This document shows positions 26,021-35,357 of a stretch of DNA of 52,489 nt, one piece after another. Below the pieces are notes generated by a model. That model had not been told where the DNA came from and made no database searches. It saw only the letters and a list, made by a program, of their open reading frames with translations. Location: positions 1 through 52,489 of IMG/VR virus record IMGVR_UViG_3300022752_000102; one strand, written 5' to 3'. Numbering within the stretch: position 1 is the stretch's first letter; every line of letters begins with the position of its first letter. The DNA comes from a virus. Its lineage: Duplodnaviria; Caudoviricetes. Position numbers and translations under genes: made by a program.

Positions 26021-27840
26021 GCTGCGATTGCAACACACTTATTGTTGGAGAAGCTGGGCCCCAGGGACCTCAGGGTCTTGCCGGGACCAACGGCACCAAT
26101 GGCACCAACGGTGTAAATGCTTTTACCACGGTTTCGGGATCGTCTTATGTACAACCCGCAGTCAATGGTTCCGTATCTTTTAACGTCGCCAACAACGCCT
26201 GGATCGCTGTTGGTCAGGCAATTTATGTTTCCGACGGTGGGTATTATGAAGTAAGCAGTGTGTCGGGCTCCAGCGCCGTGACTGCCTATTTAAGATCGGT
26301 TGGCTCAGTCGCTCCAGGAGGTTCAGTCGCAGTCGGTAAAAAAGTTTCTCCGGCTGCGGTTGCCACTTATGCCGCTCCGTTGAGTCAGCTTACGGTAAGC
26401 GGAACATCCGTTTTCTACAACGGCCCGGTTAGTATCAACACTTCCGGAGCGACGGCTAATGATGTGGTGATTGGCGGAACCACGGATACCGGTTTGTTTG
26501 TCGCGGATGTGAGCGCAAATCGCATCGGGGTTGGAACAAGTTCTCCTGCCGCCAAGTTGCACGTAAGCGGGACATTAAAGGTTGGGAATAGCTCAACCGG
26601 CGGAAACGCTGAGTTTACCGGCGGAGCCACTTTTAATTCTTCCCAAGCCGCCAATAACGATTTTGTCGTTATGACGGCGTCATTGAGCAACACGCTGTTT
26701 GTCCAGACCAGCTCCAATAGAGTCGGAATTGGAACCAATAACCCAGACAAACTTTTTGATGTAAACGGTACCGCCGAGATCAATGCGCTTGCGGTTAATC
26801 CGGGTGGAGTCAATGTAATTGACGGATCTGAGTATGTATTTCGTGTTCGTGGATCTGGTACGACTTATCCGATTTCTGTAAACGCTTCCACCAATTTTGT
26901 CGGGATATTTGTATCGTCGCCCACGACTCAACTTGACGTTTCCGGCTCTTCAAAAATCAGCGGAAACCTAATTGTCGATACAAGCACCCTGTTTGTTGAT
27001 GCCTCGAATAATCGGGTCGGAGTCAATACGGCCACTCCGGCTGTTCCCTTGGATGTACTTGGTAGCGCCAGTATCTCTGGCAATTTGGCAGTAAAGGGAA
27101 CTTTATCTACGGCGGTTTTGGCCTATGCCAACGCCGGCCTTGCCGTTTCCGGAGTCCTGACCGTATCCCAAAGTGCGGCGATTACCAACGATCTTTTTGT
27201 GGGCGGAGATGTTTTGGTTGTCGATACTTCGTCCAACAGGATCGGAATTAACGGAACCGCCACCGCAACAAATTCTCTCGAAGTATTTAGCGGAGATTTT
27301 GCTGTAGATGGCAATGTCCTGTTTGCGGATGCGTCTGCCAATAGCGTTGGCGTCAACACGAGTTCCCCGGCTTTTAACCTCGATGTCGTTGGAAACGCCA
27401 AAGTGAGTACCAGCATGGCGGTCGGTTCTTCCACCTTTATTGCCGACGCGACGTCCAATATGGTATTTGTCGGGACTTCCTCGCAGATTGATTCTGGAAC
27501 ATTCAATGTTTTGGGACCCGTTTCTATCTCCGGTTATCTCAATCGAAAGGGCTCCAAAAGAGTTACCACTACGCCCTACACGGTTGGCGCCAGCGACACA
27601 TGGCTTTCCGTGGACGCAGGCGCTACCGCCGTTCTTGATCTGCCCAGCACTATTACCAACGGTGGTAGAGAGCTTCATGTGAAAACTTCCGGGGCATTTG
27701 CCGTGTATTCGAGCGGTAATGTTGTTGTTTCTATTACCGGTGTGACCACATCCTCAATCTTGACGAATACAGCCGGAAAGTGGGCAACCCTGGTTGTGAA
27801 TAGTTCCAACACTTATTGGGAAATCATGGCGCAGGGATAA
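26017..27840 (+). CDS. Tail fibre protein
   Basis: Short collagen-like G-X-Y run; about 7 repeats of N(R)(V/I)G(I/V)(G/N)T..P...L(D/H)V.G. Confidence 0.8.
   Translation: MSCDCNTLIVGEAGPQGPQGLAGTNGTNGTNGVNAFTTVSGSSYVQPAVNGSVSFNVANNAWIAVGQAIYVSDGGYYEVSSVSGSSAVTAYLRSVGSVAPGGSVAVGKKVSPAAVATYAAPLSQLTVSGTSVFYNGPVSINTSGATANDVVIGGTTDTGLFVADVSANRIGVGTSSPAAKLHVSGTLKVGNSSTGGNAEFTGGATFNSSQAANNDFVVMTASLSNTLFVQTSSNRVGIGTNNPDKLFDVNGTAEINALAVNPGGVNVIDGSEYVFRVRGSGTTYPISVNASTNFVGIFVSSPTTQLDVSGSSKISGNLIVDTSTLFVDASNNRVGVNTATPAVPLDVLGSASISGNLAVKGTLSTAVLAYANAGLAVSGVLTVSQSAAITNDLFVGGDVLVVDTSSNRIGINGTATATNSLEVFSGDFAVDGNVLFADASANSVGVNTSSPAFNLDVVGNAKVSTSMAVGSSTFIADATSNMVFVGTSSQIDSGTFNVLGPVSISGYLNRKGSKRVTTTPYTVGASDTWLSVDAGATAVLDLPSTITNGGRELHVKTSGAFAVYSSGNVVVSITGVTTSSILTNTAGKWATLVVNSSNTYWEIMAQG
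26086..26112 (+). repeat. 3 x 9-bp tandem repeat ACCAAYGGY (TNG) in the collagen-like segment
   Basis: accaacggc accaatggc accaacggt. Confidence 0.7.
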
Positions 27841-27851
27841 AACTTTGAACC

Positions 27852-29789
27852 GTGATCAAGGACCCACTCCGACTTGTTGAAGGCATAACCTCGTTTATCG
27901 GGGGAGCCAATTCCAGCGTTGATCCGGCACTACTTCCGCCCAATCAGTATTCCTGGGGTGTAAATGTAAGTATCCGTGGAGGATACCCTCGATCACGTCC
28001 TGGTTTTAAATTTATAAAAGCTCTGCCCAATGGGGTTATCCAGGGGGCCTGCTATTTTAAAACAAAATCAGATGAAGAAGTCGTCACCCTGATCAATGGC
28101 CGGCTTTACAATGCCCAAATTAATGACTCCTCGGCTTCAGTTCTCGACGTTACTCCGGCTGGGGAACAAAACAATTATGTGTCTCGGCGTGCTTCCATGG
28201 TTGCGGCCAACGATTATCTTGTTGTTCAGGACGGAATAAGCAGTCCGATTGTTTATACCGGATCCACTTCCTTTAGATCCAAAAATATTCTGGACGAAAC
28301 AAAAGGTTTTTTAGAGTTGGAGGCGACAACGGGAGCAAACAACCCAAGAATTAACGTTACGAGCACGGCAGGGCTATATCCTGGGATGCTGATGCAAGCG
28401 GCCCGCGGGGTCCCGGCCAATACCGTGATCGTGTCAATTGATTCCTCAACCGAGGTGACATTGAGTAAAAATTGCACTTTAACCGGACTTGTTACCGCAA
28501 AATTCTTTTCTCCGGGACCTCTTCAGTCCAATGTCTCCATACCGGTTGGAAGTATCATGGCCTTCGGGAATGGTCGGCTGTGGGTGGCACAGGGAAGTCA
28601 GCTTTTTGCCGGAGATTTGGCCGGAAGTTACGGGGGCGCGGAGATTAGATTCACGGAAAATCAGTATTTGGGTGAGGGCGGAAGTTTTTACTTTGGCGAC
28701 GATATTACGGGCTTGGCATTCCTTCCGGGATCGGATACGTCAACGGGTCAGGGCGATTTGATTGTGTTCACACGGAACGATATCAGCGCTGTAAAATCCT
28801 ATATTTTTAATCGGACTCTTTGGTCCTCGACCGAAGGGATGCAGAGAAGGCTTTTCTGGGGAGGCGGGGCTGAAACTCCTGATGGAATGATTGTGACAAA
28901 CAACGACATTTTCTTTCGGTCACTGGATGGAATCAGATCTTTATTACAAACTTTTCAGGAAGCTAAACATGCCAACGTCAGTTTGACGGACAGCATCGAG
29001 GCAAACCGCGTGATCAAATATGACACAGAACGGTGGGTAAAATATGCCCCTTCGGTTTATTTTGACAACAGGGCTCTTCACGGTTGCGCCCCCAAAATCC
29101 AAAAAATAAACGGGGATCCGACTTCTTACAATATTGTTTTCACCAAGTTGGTGAGCCAGGATTTCAACCCAGGAGTTTATCAGGGAAATTTCCCACCCGT
29201 TTACGACGGGGAGTGGACAGGCCTGCAAATTTGCAAACTTGTAGAGGGTATTTTTTCCGGCAAGAAAAGGTGTTTTGCCGTTGTATGCGGTTCGGACGGT
29301 AACAACGCAATATATGAAGTAACCCTTGATGATTACTTTGACACCATTCCGGATGGAAATAATGGAACTACTGAGCTTCCAATTTCCTCGGAGGTGGAAT
29401 TTCGAAGGATGTCATTGGAAATTCCTTTTGAGGTAAAGGAGATGGTTCGTGCGGATTTAAGTTTTTCGGAAGTTTACGGTACGGTGTCCTGGACTTTCGA
29501 ATTTTCCCCCGATTATTACCCGACATTTTTTCCCGTCCAATCAGGCACGATTGATTATGAGACGGAAACAGCCGAGCTTGAAACGTGCTCTCCGCCCGAC
29601 CTTGCCCTTGGATATAAAAACATAAGGACTGTAAAGCCCTCAGATTCCTGTGTTACGGGAGTCGGCAGAAAAGCGCGGTTTGCTTATTTGTTCCAACCAA
29701 AAATGTCATGGACCGGTCATGCAAAGTTGGCATTGTTTAGGCTCCATGCCTCCCGCAAAGACATCAGTGATCTTGGAGAGTGTTCCTAA
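27852..29789 (+). CDS. Tail tubular/nozzle (P22 gp10/T7 gp12-like) protein
   Basis: F.GG.NS..DP.LL..NQ...VN...RGG...SRPG N-terminus, GRLW, beta-propeller-like repeats; synteny. Confidence 0.7.
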   Translation: MIKDPLRLVEGITSFIGGANSSVDPALLPPNQYSWGVNVSIRGGYPRSRPGFKFIKALPNGVIQGACYFKTKSDEEVVTLINGRLYNAQINDSSASVLDVTPAGEQNNYVSRRASMVAANDYLVVQDGISSPIVYTGSTSFRSKNILDETKGFLELEATTGANNPRINVTSTAGLYPGMLMQAARGVPANTVIVSIDSSTEVTLSKNCTLTGLVTAKFFSPGPLQSNVSIPVGSIMAFGNGRLWVAQGSQLFAGDLAGSYGGAEIRFTENQYLGEGGSFYFGDDITGLAFLPGSDTSTGQGDLIVFTRNDISAVKSYIFNRTLWSSTEGMQRRLFWGGGAETPDGMIVTNNDIFFRSLDGIRSLLQTFQEAKHANVSLTDSIEANRVIKYDTERWVKYAPSVYFDNRALHGCAPKIQKINGDPTSYNIVFTKLVSQDFNPGVYQGNFPPVYDGEWTGLQICKLVEGIFSGKKRCFAVVCGSDGNNAIYEVTLDDYFDTIPDGNNGTTELPISSEVEFRRMSLEIPFEVKEMVRADLSFSEVYGTVSWTFEFSPDYYPTFFPVQSGTIDYETETAELETCSPPDLALGYKNIRTVKPSDSCVTGVGRKARFAYLFQPKMSWTGHAKLALFRLHASRKDISDLGECS

Positions 29790-30499
29790 TGGCCGAGAGA
29801 ATTGAGTATCAGGGGGATGCTCTCCCAAGTGGACTTCCGGGATTTGGGAATGCCTCCGTCTCTGTCCTGACGCTTCCCGGTTTCAACACGGTTGTCGCCG
29901 CCCAAAAGTTTGGTCCGGTGGTAGAGGCAGTTAATGTCACTCCCCCCGACCCAACACCTCCTCCAGGAAGTAATCCAGAAGACCCAACCGATGATGTTGT
30001 GCCGCCAGCTCCTGCCCCAAGACCGGGCGGAATTCAACCATCTTTTTGTAAACGTTGTGGCGATGCCGTGTATATTAACGATGTTCAACCTTTGGTTTAT
30101 GGAGCATTGGATGAAGATTATTGTATCGATTGTGACGGGAAAGAAACAGTGGTTCAATCTTATGCCCCAACCCCAGCCATGAGCAGCACCTATGAGTACA
30201 TGTATTACAGCAGTCCCAGTGGTATTGGATATTCACATGACACGACCGATGACTGGTTTATGGATCGTGACGGTCTTACCTTCAATAAGCCTTTGGCTAA
30301 GGTAAAAATTGGCGACGATGAGTTTACCGACGGAGCAAAACTCGATAAGGAAAAAGTGATGCTTTCCGGAACAGAATACCGCAAGGGAGCAAAAATATTC
30401 GACATTGATACTGGAAGAACCTATGAGCCGCAACAACTTGAAGTATGTAATAACGGACAGCCACAAACATGGTATGTTTTAGCCCACATCCAAGGATAA
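29789..30499 (+). CDS. Hypothetical tail-region protein with Pro-rich linker and two CxxC
   Basis: ATG 29789 (TAATG overlap); CKRC and CIDC. Confidence 0.65.
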   Translation: MAERIEYQGDALPSGLPGFGNASVSVLTLPGFNTVVAAQKFGPVVEAVNVTPPDPTPPPGSNPEDPTDDVVPPAPAPRPGGIQPSFCKRCGDAVYINDVQPLVYGALDEDYCIDCDGKETVVQSYAPTPAMSSTYEYMYYSSPSGIGYSHDTTDDWFMDRDGLTFNKPLAKVKIGDDEFTDGAKLDKEKVMLSGTEYRKGAKIFDIDTGRTYEPQQLEVCNNGQPQTWYVLAHIQG

Positions 30500-30502
30500 T
30501 AT

Positions 30503-30958
30503 ATGGCCGAATACCCACTGACAGCGACAACGATTTCCACGAGCGCATGCTATCCAGCAACCCCTCAGGCGCTTCTGGAATCCTTGACCCAATACCTTAC
30601 AATTCAGATTGACGGGTATAATCAACCCTATATTGTGGACGACGCGGTTCCGTCGGCTTTAAATCAAAACTCCCCGTGGTTTGAGACTGGGTCATCTGCA
30701 ACTCCAGGAGAGTATGGGACTCCAAAAGTTATCCGTCTGTATTCCTCCGGCCAATGGAAAGAATTTGCCCAGTTTCAACAAGGGGATATGATTTTAGTTC
30801 CCCTGGATTACCCTGTTGCGGCCCCATGGGGAACACAGGGAATTACCTATGTTTTTGGGAGTACCGGAGTGCCAAACTACACTGTTGCTGCAACTCCCGC
30901 TCCACCCGAGAATTACAAATACAAAGTTTACGTGGGGTATTGGAATTCGACTCTTTGA
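30503..30958 (+). CDS. Virion protein, paralog A
   Basis: Aligns along its length with 31001..31426. Confidence 0.75.
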   Translation: MAEYPLTATTISTSACYPATPQALLESLTQYLTIQIDGYNQPYIVDDAVPSALNQNSPWFETGSSATPGEYGTPKVIRLYSSGQWKEFAQFQQGDMILVPLDYPVAAPWGTQGITYVFGSTGVPNYTVAATPAPPENYKYKVYVGYWNSTL

Positions 30959-30963
30959 TCATG

Positions 30964-30991
30964 TTGACACTAAAAGCTAAACCGTTAATCT
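30964..30991 (+). promoter_or_regulatory. Promoter TTGACA-N16-TAATCT
   Basis: Intergenic; ATG 9 nt after the -10 box. Confidence 0.6.
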
Positions 30992-31000
30992 AAAGAAGCT

Positions 31001-31426
31001 ATGGCTGTTTATAACCTAACCGCGGGGACATTGCCAGCCAATACCGGTTACCCTGCAAATTTGCAGGCATTGCTCCAGCTTATTCAGTCCTACATGTCCG
31101 TGTCGAGCCCGGATATTCTTAATTCAATCGTTATTTCAGACACCACACCCCCATCCGAGGACAACACCAAAATCTGGTTCGAAACCCAAAGTGGTGTTTC
31201 CGGTGCGCCCAAATCCATCAAAATTTATGTCGACGGACAGTGGGAAGAGTTTACCCCGTTTTCTTTCGGGGATATTGTTTTGACTGCGGATACTGCTTCC
31301 ATTGTTTCTCCGTGGGGAATCGGTAACACAACTTATGTTGTCAACGGAATCACCAAGCTTACCCCCACCACTCCCCCCGCTCCGGCCGGAACGCAGTACA
31401 AAGTTTACGTGGGGTACTACGAATGA
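31001..31426 (+). CDS. Virion protein, paralog B
   Basis: Shares YPA..QALL, WFET, GQW.EF..F..GD, PWG, YKVYVGY with paralog A. Confidence 0.75.
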   Translation: MAVYNLTAGTLPANTGYPANLQALLQLIQSYMSVSSPDILNSIVISDTTPPSEDNTKIWFETQSGVSGAPKSIKIYVDGQWEEFTPFSFGDIVLTADTASIVSPWGIGNTTYVVNGITKLTPTTPPAPAGTQYKVYVGYYE

Positions 31427-32661
31427 TCCGGCGCACTTACGGCTCAGTCAAAGAACAGTTGGCTCGCGTTACCCAGAACGGGATGTGCGCGACTGATCCC
31501 CAACTTTTGGCTCGCACCAACGAAGCCCAAGAGCGTTTGCTTAATAAAGGCCTTTATGCCGGAACATACGGGCGTTATTCGGTTTGCGTTTACGGTGGGT
31601 GTATCACGCTTCCCCGTGAATTTGAATCCGTTTTGGGGTACAATTTTGGCGGTATTGCCCACCAGGTTTACAACCAGTGGTACGAGTTCATGGAAAACGG
31701 TCCCGGGATTGCCCCGGTTGGGGATTGGAAACGACTGATTGACCGGGGCTATGTCCCCATGTTCCGTGATCTTCCCGATCAGCGTTATCTTAAAGTTTAT
31801 ACCGATCAGATTGAGGATGCGACTGCCACGATTCTATTCCGCGGTTCGGATACCTACAATGACCGCATCCGCACACTTGAAAATAACGAATATATCGACG
31901 GGGAACGGGTAAACCTCAGCGCCGGTTCTGGGAACTCAAGCGTACTAATTGCTGGTGTTACTGGAAATTATTCTGACGCAAACGGTATTTATTCTTGGAA
32001 TGGTACTTTTAATTCAAAACCGCAATACCACAAAGCCGACAGTCTTTATGATATTATTTGGACAGGATCAAATTGGAATTTGATTTATGATAAAGACGAT
32101 CCCGGTGGTGGAGATATTGTTGCCTCGAGTTCTTCGGCAGTAAATTATCCATGGCTTGCATCCGGATGGACTGTAGCGACAAGTATCGTTGTGACCGAAC
32201 TTCCCCGCATCACCGCCAACGCCTTCCGAAGCGTCGATGCCATAAACAAAACTGCAACGAAGGGTTGGGTCCGCGTCTATGCGGTCGACCCCACCACGGG
32301 TGCGGAATCCTGCGTCGCCATCCTTGCCCCCGATGAAACACTTCCCATGTATCGCCGGTATGCAATTCCCGGGTTTGAAAACCAGCAAGGTTCCGTCGTG
32401 ACCGTACTTGCCAAGCGCAAATTTATTCCTGTTACATCCGATGACGACGATTTGATCGTGACTAATCTTGGTGCTTTAAAAATGATGGCGATCGCCATCG
32501 AAAAAGAGGAAAACAACAACCTGAATGAAGCCGCAAAGTACGAGGCCAAAGCCCTCGATCTTCTGCGCGAAGAACTCCGCGAGGTGCAGGGTTCCGCGAT
32601 CGGCAGACCCCAGGTTCAAATGGAGGCTTTTGCTATGGGAGAAATCCCTAGCATGGCATAA
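31423..32661 (+). CDS. Head-tail adaptor (tail tubular A-like) with an inserted domain
   Basis: LLARTNEAQERLL N-terminal helix, ITLPREFESV, C-terminal helical hairpin EAAKYEAKALDLL; synteny before ejection proteins. Confidence 0.65.
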   Translation: MIRRTYGSVKEQLARVTQNGMCATDPQLLARTNEAQERLLNKGLYAGTYGRYSVCVYGGCITLPREFESVLGYNFGGIAHQVYNQWYEFMENGPGIAPVGDWKRLIDRGYVPMFRDLPDQRYLKVYTDQIEDATATILFRGSDTYNDRIRTLENNEYIDGERVNLSAGSGNSSVLIAGVTGNYSDANGIYSWNGTFNSKPQYHKADSLYDIIWTGSNWNLIYDKDDPGGGDIVASSSSAVNYPWLASGWTVATSIVVTELPRITANAFRSVDAINKTATKGWVRVYAVDPTTGAESCVAILAPDETLPMYRRYAIPGFENQQGSVVTVLAKRKFIPVTSDDDDLIVTNLGALKMMAIAIEKEENNNLNEAAKYEAKALDLLREELREVQGSAIGRPQVQMEAFAMGEIPSMA

Positions 32662-32664
32662 TTT

Positions 32665-33654
32665 ATGGCTGGATATTCATCTTCTTCGGGATCGTCCTAT
32701 TCAGGACCTGGAGCTTATACGGACCCGATTACAGGCACTCGGAGTGAAGTAAGAAATTACGAACAAAGAATGCGAGATTTTTTAACCAAAGGTTCTTTGG
32801 GTTACGGCGAATTGCCCAGGGCTCCCGGTGAAAATTGGAATGCTTGGATGCGCCGCCAACAATCGCTTGCAGATACTTATACGGGTCCCGGACTTAAAAC
32901 TGGATCCGCAGCCCTTACTCAATACCTCAAACCAAGCAGCGATGTCAGCAGTCGTCCAGCCACTGCCGGAAGAATGCCGAGCGGGGGTGGTGGCGGTGGT
33001 GGGATCGCTTACAAACCCCCAACGACCGTGGAGTTTTACATGGGTAAATTACCCGAACTTCAAAAGTTGGAAATCCCGTGGCAGGAGTTAGGCAAACGTG
33101 TTCAGGAGACCAATGCCCCGACGATCGCCGAGTATCAAAAAGCGGCACCCGGGGAAGAAGCCACTTTGCGTAGCCTTTCAATGGCGAATGCGGATATGGC
33201 CGCCGGAAAAATTCCGCTGTCGTTTTTGCAGGCCTCCCAAAGAGCCTCTGCACAGGCCGGTTACGGAACCGGACTTGGTGTGGGTGGACGTGCGGGTGGA
33301 ATTCAAAGAATGCGCGGAGAGCGGGATATTTTACTGACGTCCCTTAATCTCCAGCAAAGAGCCGCGCAAATGGCCGCGGCTATTCCGCAGATCATGCAAG
33401 GCAGGTATGCGGCCCAGTATCAGATTTCACCGACCGAGATATTTGGCACCGCAGCGAACCAGGCTTCGATTAACCAGCAACTCGCCAACCAGCAATTGCT
33501 GATGAACTGGATGAATCAACCGCGGCCCGGTATGTACGACGTCTCGAAAGGAATGTATGTGGGTGCCCAACCGGGAACCTACAGCGCCACCCCAACAAAT
33601 CTTCCGGGAGTTGGATCGTACTTCGCCGGATCACCTTATAATCCTTTTGTTTAA
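32665..33654 (+). CDS. Putative ejection/internal virion protein
   Basis: Gly/Ala/Gln-rich, follows the adaptor. Confidence 0.55.
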   Translation: MAGYSSSSGSSYSGPGAYTDPITGTRSEVRNYEQRMRDFLTKGSLGYGELPRAPGENWNAWMRRQQSLADTYTGPGLKTGSAALTQYLKPSSDVSSRPATAGRMPSGGGGGGGIAYKPPTTVEFYMGKLPELQKLEIPWQELGKRVQETNAPTIAEYQKAAPGEEATLRSLSMANADMAAGKIPLSFLQASQRASAQAGYGTGLGVGGRAGGIQRMRGERDILLTSLNLQQRAAQMAAAIPQIMQGRYAAQYQISPTEIFGTAANQASINQQLANQQLLMNWMNQPRPGMYDVSKGMYVGAQPGTYSATPTNLPGVGSYFAGSPYNPFV

Positions 33655-33657
33655 TTT

Positions 33658-35322
33658 ATGGCCCTTAGCCCCAACGCCCCCGATTACGTAAGCCAGGTCA
33701 GAGGATTCCTCAGCGACCTGAGACAGGATGCCCGTCAGCGCGACCAGCTTGCCTTGGAGGCCGCGAGGTCATCTGCGGCCAACGCCCTGAACTATGCCCA
33801 GCTCGCCCAACAAAGGGAGTTGGCGTATCTCCAAGCCGATCTGAATCGTGAGCAGTATCAACAGGCATACGATCAAAAGAAGTTGGCTTACGAGAATGAC
33901 GCCCTTAAAAATGCCATCCAGACAATGGATAAGCAGAAGACGCAAGAATTGGCTGAACGCAGGTTTCAGTTCGATGTAATAAAGGAAGCCGAAGAGCAGA
34001 AACGGCTTGAAGAAAAAGACCGCAAGGAGAGGATCGAACAAACTGAAAGCCGTTTTGCGCTTCAAAAGTTGGGTGACATTATGGCAACCGGAGATTTGAA
34101 CGGTTTTGACAAATGGGTCAGTGGGATGAGTCAAATGGCGTTTTCTTATGCTGATTTGGGAAATATTTATTCTCAAGGTCTGAATTTGTGGAATAGCGCT
34201 GACAACGCCCGTAAGGAAAAGCTGACAACCGAAAACATGCCTACTTATATTTCCTTGACCGACGAAAGCTCAAAACTAGGGGCACAGCTTCCCTTTATGA
34301 CCTCCCAGCAACGATTGGCGGCTATAGGCGATTGGGAAAAACGATCCGCTGATTTTAAAGTTAGGGTGGGAAATCCTCAGATGACGAGCTCCCTTGATCT
34401 CATTGCTAAAGGTTTAAGGGATAAATCGGAGGTTGTTTCCAAAGATACAAAAACACAATCCTTGGCCACTTTTACCCAATTTGGGAAAGCAAAGGCTATC
34501 GCAGAAGTTAGTCCCGAACTTCAAAAAGAATTTGATACACTTTATACGGGAACCTCCTCTGAGCAGAAATTGAGCGAGGATTATCAGTCCAAACTGGATC
34601 TGGTTCGTTTGGCGTACAATAAAGAAAAGTCCAAGCGCATTCTTGCGGAAGAGGCCGCAAGATTGCGTCAATACGAGGAGATTCAGGTGGGGCGTGAAGG
34701 ACTTTACACCACCGATGAACAAGGATTTAGAAAGCCAAAGTTACAGGCTCCCGATCTTAGCCCATCTCTTGGCAGCGGCAATTTGGACGAGAACAATGAA
34801 ATAACGGAGCTTGCCAAAGACAAAATCAAAAATTATGAGAGCCGTCTTGGTCAGCAAGGAATATTGTTAGAGAAACTATCTCCAGAACAGGCAGTGGTAA
34901 AAATGATGGAGGACCTCGAAAGAATAAGAAGGGGAGAAAAAATCGCCACTCCAGAATCAAAACCCACGGTACAAGTGGATACGTCCAAAGTGCGGTATGG
35001 AAACACATGGGCTTTCCCGACCGCCGTGGCTCCTCAAGCCACGACCGCCGCCGCTCCGACGGCACCCCAGGTACAGCCTGCGGCCCCGGCCCAACCGTCA
35101 GCCAATCTGGGAAATCTTGAGGCCAATAAAGCCTTGTTCGCCGAGGTTCAGAAACAGATCGCCGGCGGGAAGAAGTTCTTTGAGGTCACCGATCCAAAAA
35201 CAGGAGAAGTAAGGGTAACCACCTACCCCTTATCCACGTTGTTCGCAAACTTGCCGGCGCTCATCCGGGAGCAGGAAAAGACGTTGGTGACGACACCGAC
35301 CGCTCCGGAAGATCGTCGTTGA
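33658..35322 (+). CDS. Putative ejection/internal virion protein (coiled coil)
   Basis: Gln/Glu-rich helical N-terminus, precedes the giant protein. Confidence 0.55.
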   Translation: MALSPNAPDYVSQVRGFLSDLRQDARQRDQLALEAARSSAANALNYAQLAQQRELAYLQADLNREQYQQAYDQKKLAYENDALKNAIQTMDKQKTQELAERRFQFDVIKEAEEQKRLEEKDRKERIEQTESRFALQKLGDIMATGDLNGFDKWVSGMSQMAFSYADLGNIYSQGLNLWNSADNARKEKLTTENMPTYISLTDESSKLGAQLPFMTSQQRLAAIGDWEKRSADFKVRVGNPQMTSSLDLIAKGLRDKSEVVSKDTKTQSLATFTQFGKAKAIAEVSPELQKEFDTLYTGTSSEQKLSEDYQSKLDLVRLAYNKEKSKRILAEEAARLRQYEEIQVGREGLYTTDEQGFRKPKLQAPDLSPSLGSGNLDENNEITELAKDKIKNYESRLGQQGILLEKLSPEQAVVKMMEDLERIRRGEKIATPESKPTVQVDTSKVRYGNTWAFPTAVAPQATTAAAPTAPQVQPAAPAQPSANLGNLEANKALFAEVQKQIAGGKKFFEVTDPKTGEVRVTTYPLSTLFANLPALIREQEKTLVTTPTAPEDRR

Positions 35323-35357
35323 CCTTCGAACTCAAACCCGCTTGAATAGACAGGGTT

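Noticed and set aside
26017-27840. Fibre repeats as a diversity-generating retroelement target
   Set aside because: The repeats are protein-level and diverged; no reverse transcriptase or template/variable repeat pair seen
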